A DNA stretch of 63,044 nt, filler included, from Octopus bimaculoides (Eukaryota): the NCBI RefSeq assembly GCF_001194135.2. It is 6 parts of 6 records of this genome, joined end to end, with 100 filler letters (N's around TTAATTAATTAA, not from the genome) between each part and the next. Parts side by side here need not be neighbours in the genome. Positions count along the whole stretch, not along the records: positions 55,089 to 61,060 come from NC_068994.1; positions 61,161 to 63,044 come from NW_026434069.1; 4 more parts are not named here. One strand, given 5' to 3'. Below, piece after piece: positions 61,060-63,044 of this stretch. The position numbers and the translations under genes are program-made. Under the pieces are notes generated by a model. It was not told the DNA's origin and searched no databases. It saw only the letters and a list, made by a program, of their open reading frames with translations. Numbering within the stretch: the first letter of the stretch is position 1; each line of letters opens with the position of its first letter.

Positions 61060-62695
61060 ANNNNNNNNNNNNNNNNNNNNNNNNNNNNNNNNNNNNNNNN
61101 NNNNTTAATTAATTAANNNNNNNNNNNNNNNNNNNNNNNNNNNNNNNNNNNNNNNNNNNNATATATATATATATATATATATATATATGGTAAGAGACAA
61201 TGGAGCACAAATAGTAAAATAGAGATAAGTGTAAAAATTTGAGAGAGAGATGGAACAAAAAGGTAAGTAAGAGATTGAAAGAAAGAAAGGAGAAGTAAGA
61301 AGGACAAAGAGTTTGACGTCACACTTAATTACGTCTTTCTGTTATTTCCGGTAGTGTCCAGTAAATTCATCACTGTAAGTTCTTCACCAGTAATTATATT
61401 GTAGAAAATTACATAGCAGTAAATACATTGTCTGTAATTCCATCTTTTGGTAATTTCCACCAGATCGTCATTAAATTTATTGTGATGAAAGATGCATTGT
61501 TAGATTCATCGTCATCCTTTTTATCTCCAGTGTAAATAGATTGATAAACATCATTGAAAGCTTTTTTTTTTCTATTATTATCATTCTCAGAATATATAAG
61601 GGGCATTTCATTAGCAATGAAAAAGAAAATATTCAAATTTCGTTTCAAATTTACTCAATATATACATAAAAAATAATCGAAGTTACTTTTAAAAATAGAA
61701 TCACAAAAGTATAGTAAGAAGATAATATTATTTTAAACCAACGANNNNNNNNNNNNNNNNNNNNNNNNNNNNNNNNNNNNNNNNNNNNNNNNNNNNNNNN
61801 NNNNNNNNNNNNNNNNNNNNNNNNNNNNNNNNNNNNNNNNNNNNNNNNNNNNNNNNNNNNNNNNNNNNNNNNNNNNNNNNNNNNNNNNNNNNNNNNNNNN
61901 NNNNNNNNNNNNNNNNNNNNNNNNNNNNNNNNNNNNNNNNNNNNNNNNNNNNNNNNNNNNNNNNNNNNNNNNNNNNNNNNNNNNNNNNNNNNNNNNNNNN
62001 NNNNNNNNNNNNNNNNNNNNNNNNNNNNNNNNNNNNNNNNNNNNNNNNNNNNNNNNNNNNNNNNNNNNNNNNNNNNNNNNNNNNNNNNNNNNNNNNNNNN
62101 NNNNNNNNNNNNNNNNNNNNNNNNNNNNNNNNNNNNNNNNNNNNNNNNNNNNNNNNNNNNNNNNNNNNNNNNNNNNNNNNNNNNNNNNNNNNNNNNNNNN
62201 NNNNNNNNNNNNNNNNNNNNNNNNNNNNNNNNNNNNNNNNNNNNNNNNNNNNNNNNNNNNNNNNNNNNNNNNNNNNNNNNNNNNNNNNNNNNNNNNNNNN
62301 NNNNNNNNNNNNNNNNNNNNNNNNNNNNNNNNNNNNNNNNNNNNNNNNNNNNNNNNNNNNNNNNNNNNNNNNNNNNNNNNNNNNNNNNNNNNNNNNNNNN
62401 NNNNNNNNNNNNNNNNNNNNNNNNNNNNNNNNNNNNNNNNNNNNNNNNNNNNNNNNNNNNNNNNNNNNNNNNNNNNNNNNNNNNNNNNNNNNNNNNNNNN
62501 NNNNNNNNNNNNNNNNNNNNNNNNNNNNNNNNNNNNNNNNNNNNNNNNNNNNNNNNTTTATTCTTTCGTAGGGTTGATAAATTAAGTAGCAATTGAGCGC
62601 TGAAGTCGATATAATCGATCTCTCCTCTCACTCATAATTACTGGCCTTGTGCCAATATAAAAGTACTTGATAATGAAACTACAAGCGATAAATGA

Positions 62696-62830
62696 GTGGT
62701 CGACTCCAATGTCTACAACCTCTGCCTCTCCGAGAAATTCCACATAAATCACCACCATGAGATAATGTTAATCAAAATATCTGAAGTCGTCTCAACTGAC
62801 CACCACGTACCAAAGTGTCTGCTGACCAGT
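62696..62830 (+). mobile_element. PLE endonuclease extreme C-terminal remnant
   Basis: YNLCLSEKFHINHHHEIMLIKISEVVSTDHH resembles CNLCLxEKxxI...LNKRxELxSxCRH. Confidence 0.6.
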
Positions 62831-63044
62831 TTCAAAGTAGATACACTCATTCGGCAAGCTGACCAACAGAACAGACGAGCAGAAGTCATCGACAACGCGG
62901 CTAGACACGTGACCAATCAGTCTGTAGAATGAGGAAGTTAAAAACTGCGATGGATCGAATCGATTTTATCTAAACGAAATATGGTGGAAGATTTGATCAA
63001 ACCTAAAAGACAAAATTGTTGGTAGTGAGGATAGTGATGGCTGT

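Noticed and set aside
19218-61116. Recurring TTAATTAATTAA separated by long spacers, superficially CRISPR-like or regulatory
   Set aside because: Each copy is isolated inside N runs; it is an artificial six-frame-stop linker.

Overview
Eukaryotic, AT-rich, gappy scaffold (about 12% N by my rough tally) dominated by microsatellites and interspersed repeats. The SINE families and the (TA)n/(CA)n/(GA)n/(TACA)n/(TAGA)n landscape suggest an Octopus (coleoid cephalopod) genome; this is an inference. Almost all long ORFs in the supplied track are microsatellite or N-gap artefacts. I found no complete protein-coding gene and nothing prokaryotic (no operon, CRISPR array or rRNA). The only recognisable host-gene sequence is one isolated GMP reductase (GMPR) exon at 28422-28610 (-). 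It has intact splice sites but a mutated catalytic loop. The rest is a layered transposon record: about 25 tRNA-derived SINE copies in four families, mariner, pogo-like, Merlin, Tx1/L1-like, R4/Dong-like and several Penelope-like (PLE) remnants. The most notable structures are: (i) a long-TIR element with a (TTAGGG)n core and an 8-bp target-site duplication (TSD), whose empty site is preserved in a neighbouring duplicate (16943-17757); (ii) at least six degenerate hammerhead-ribozyme (HHR)-like motifs among the PLE debris; (iii) a 139-bp near-perfect hairpin (58072-58210); (iv) two divergent Merlin transposase N-termini. I cannot support a claim of a new multi-gene system. Assembly artefacts (an Illumina adapter and TTAATTAATTAA linkers) are present. 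Repeat boundaries are approximate unless exact termini are quoted.
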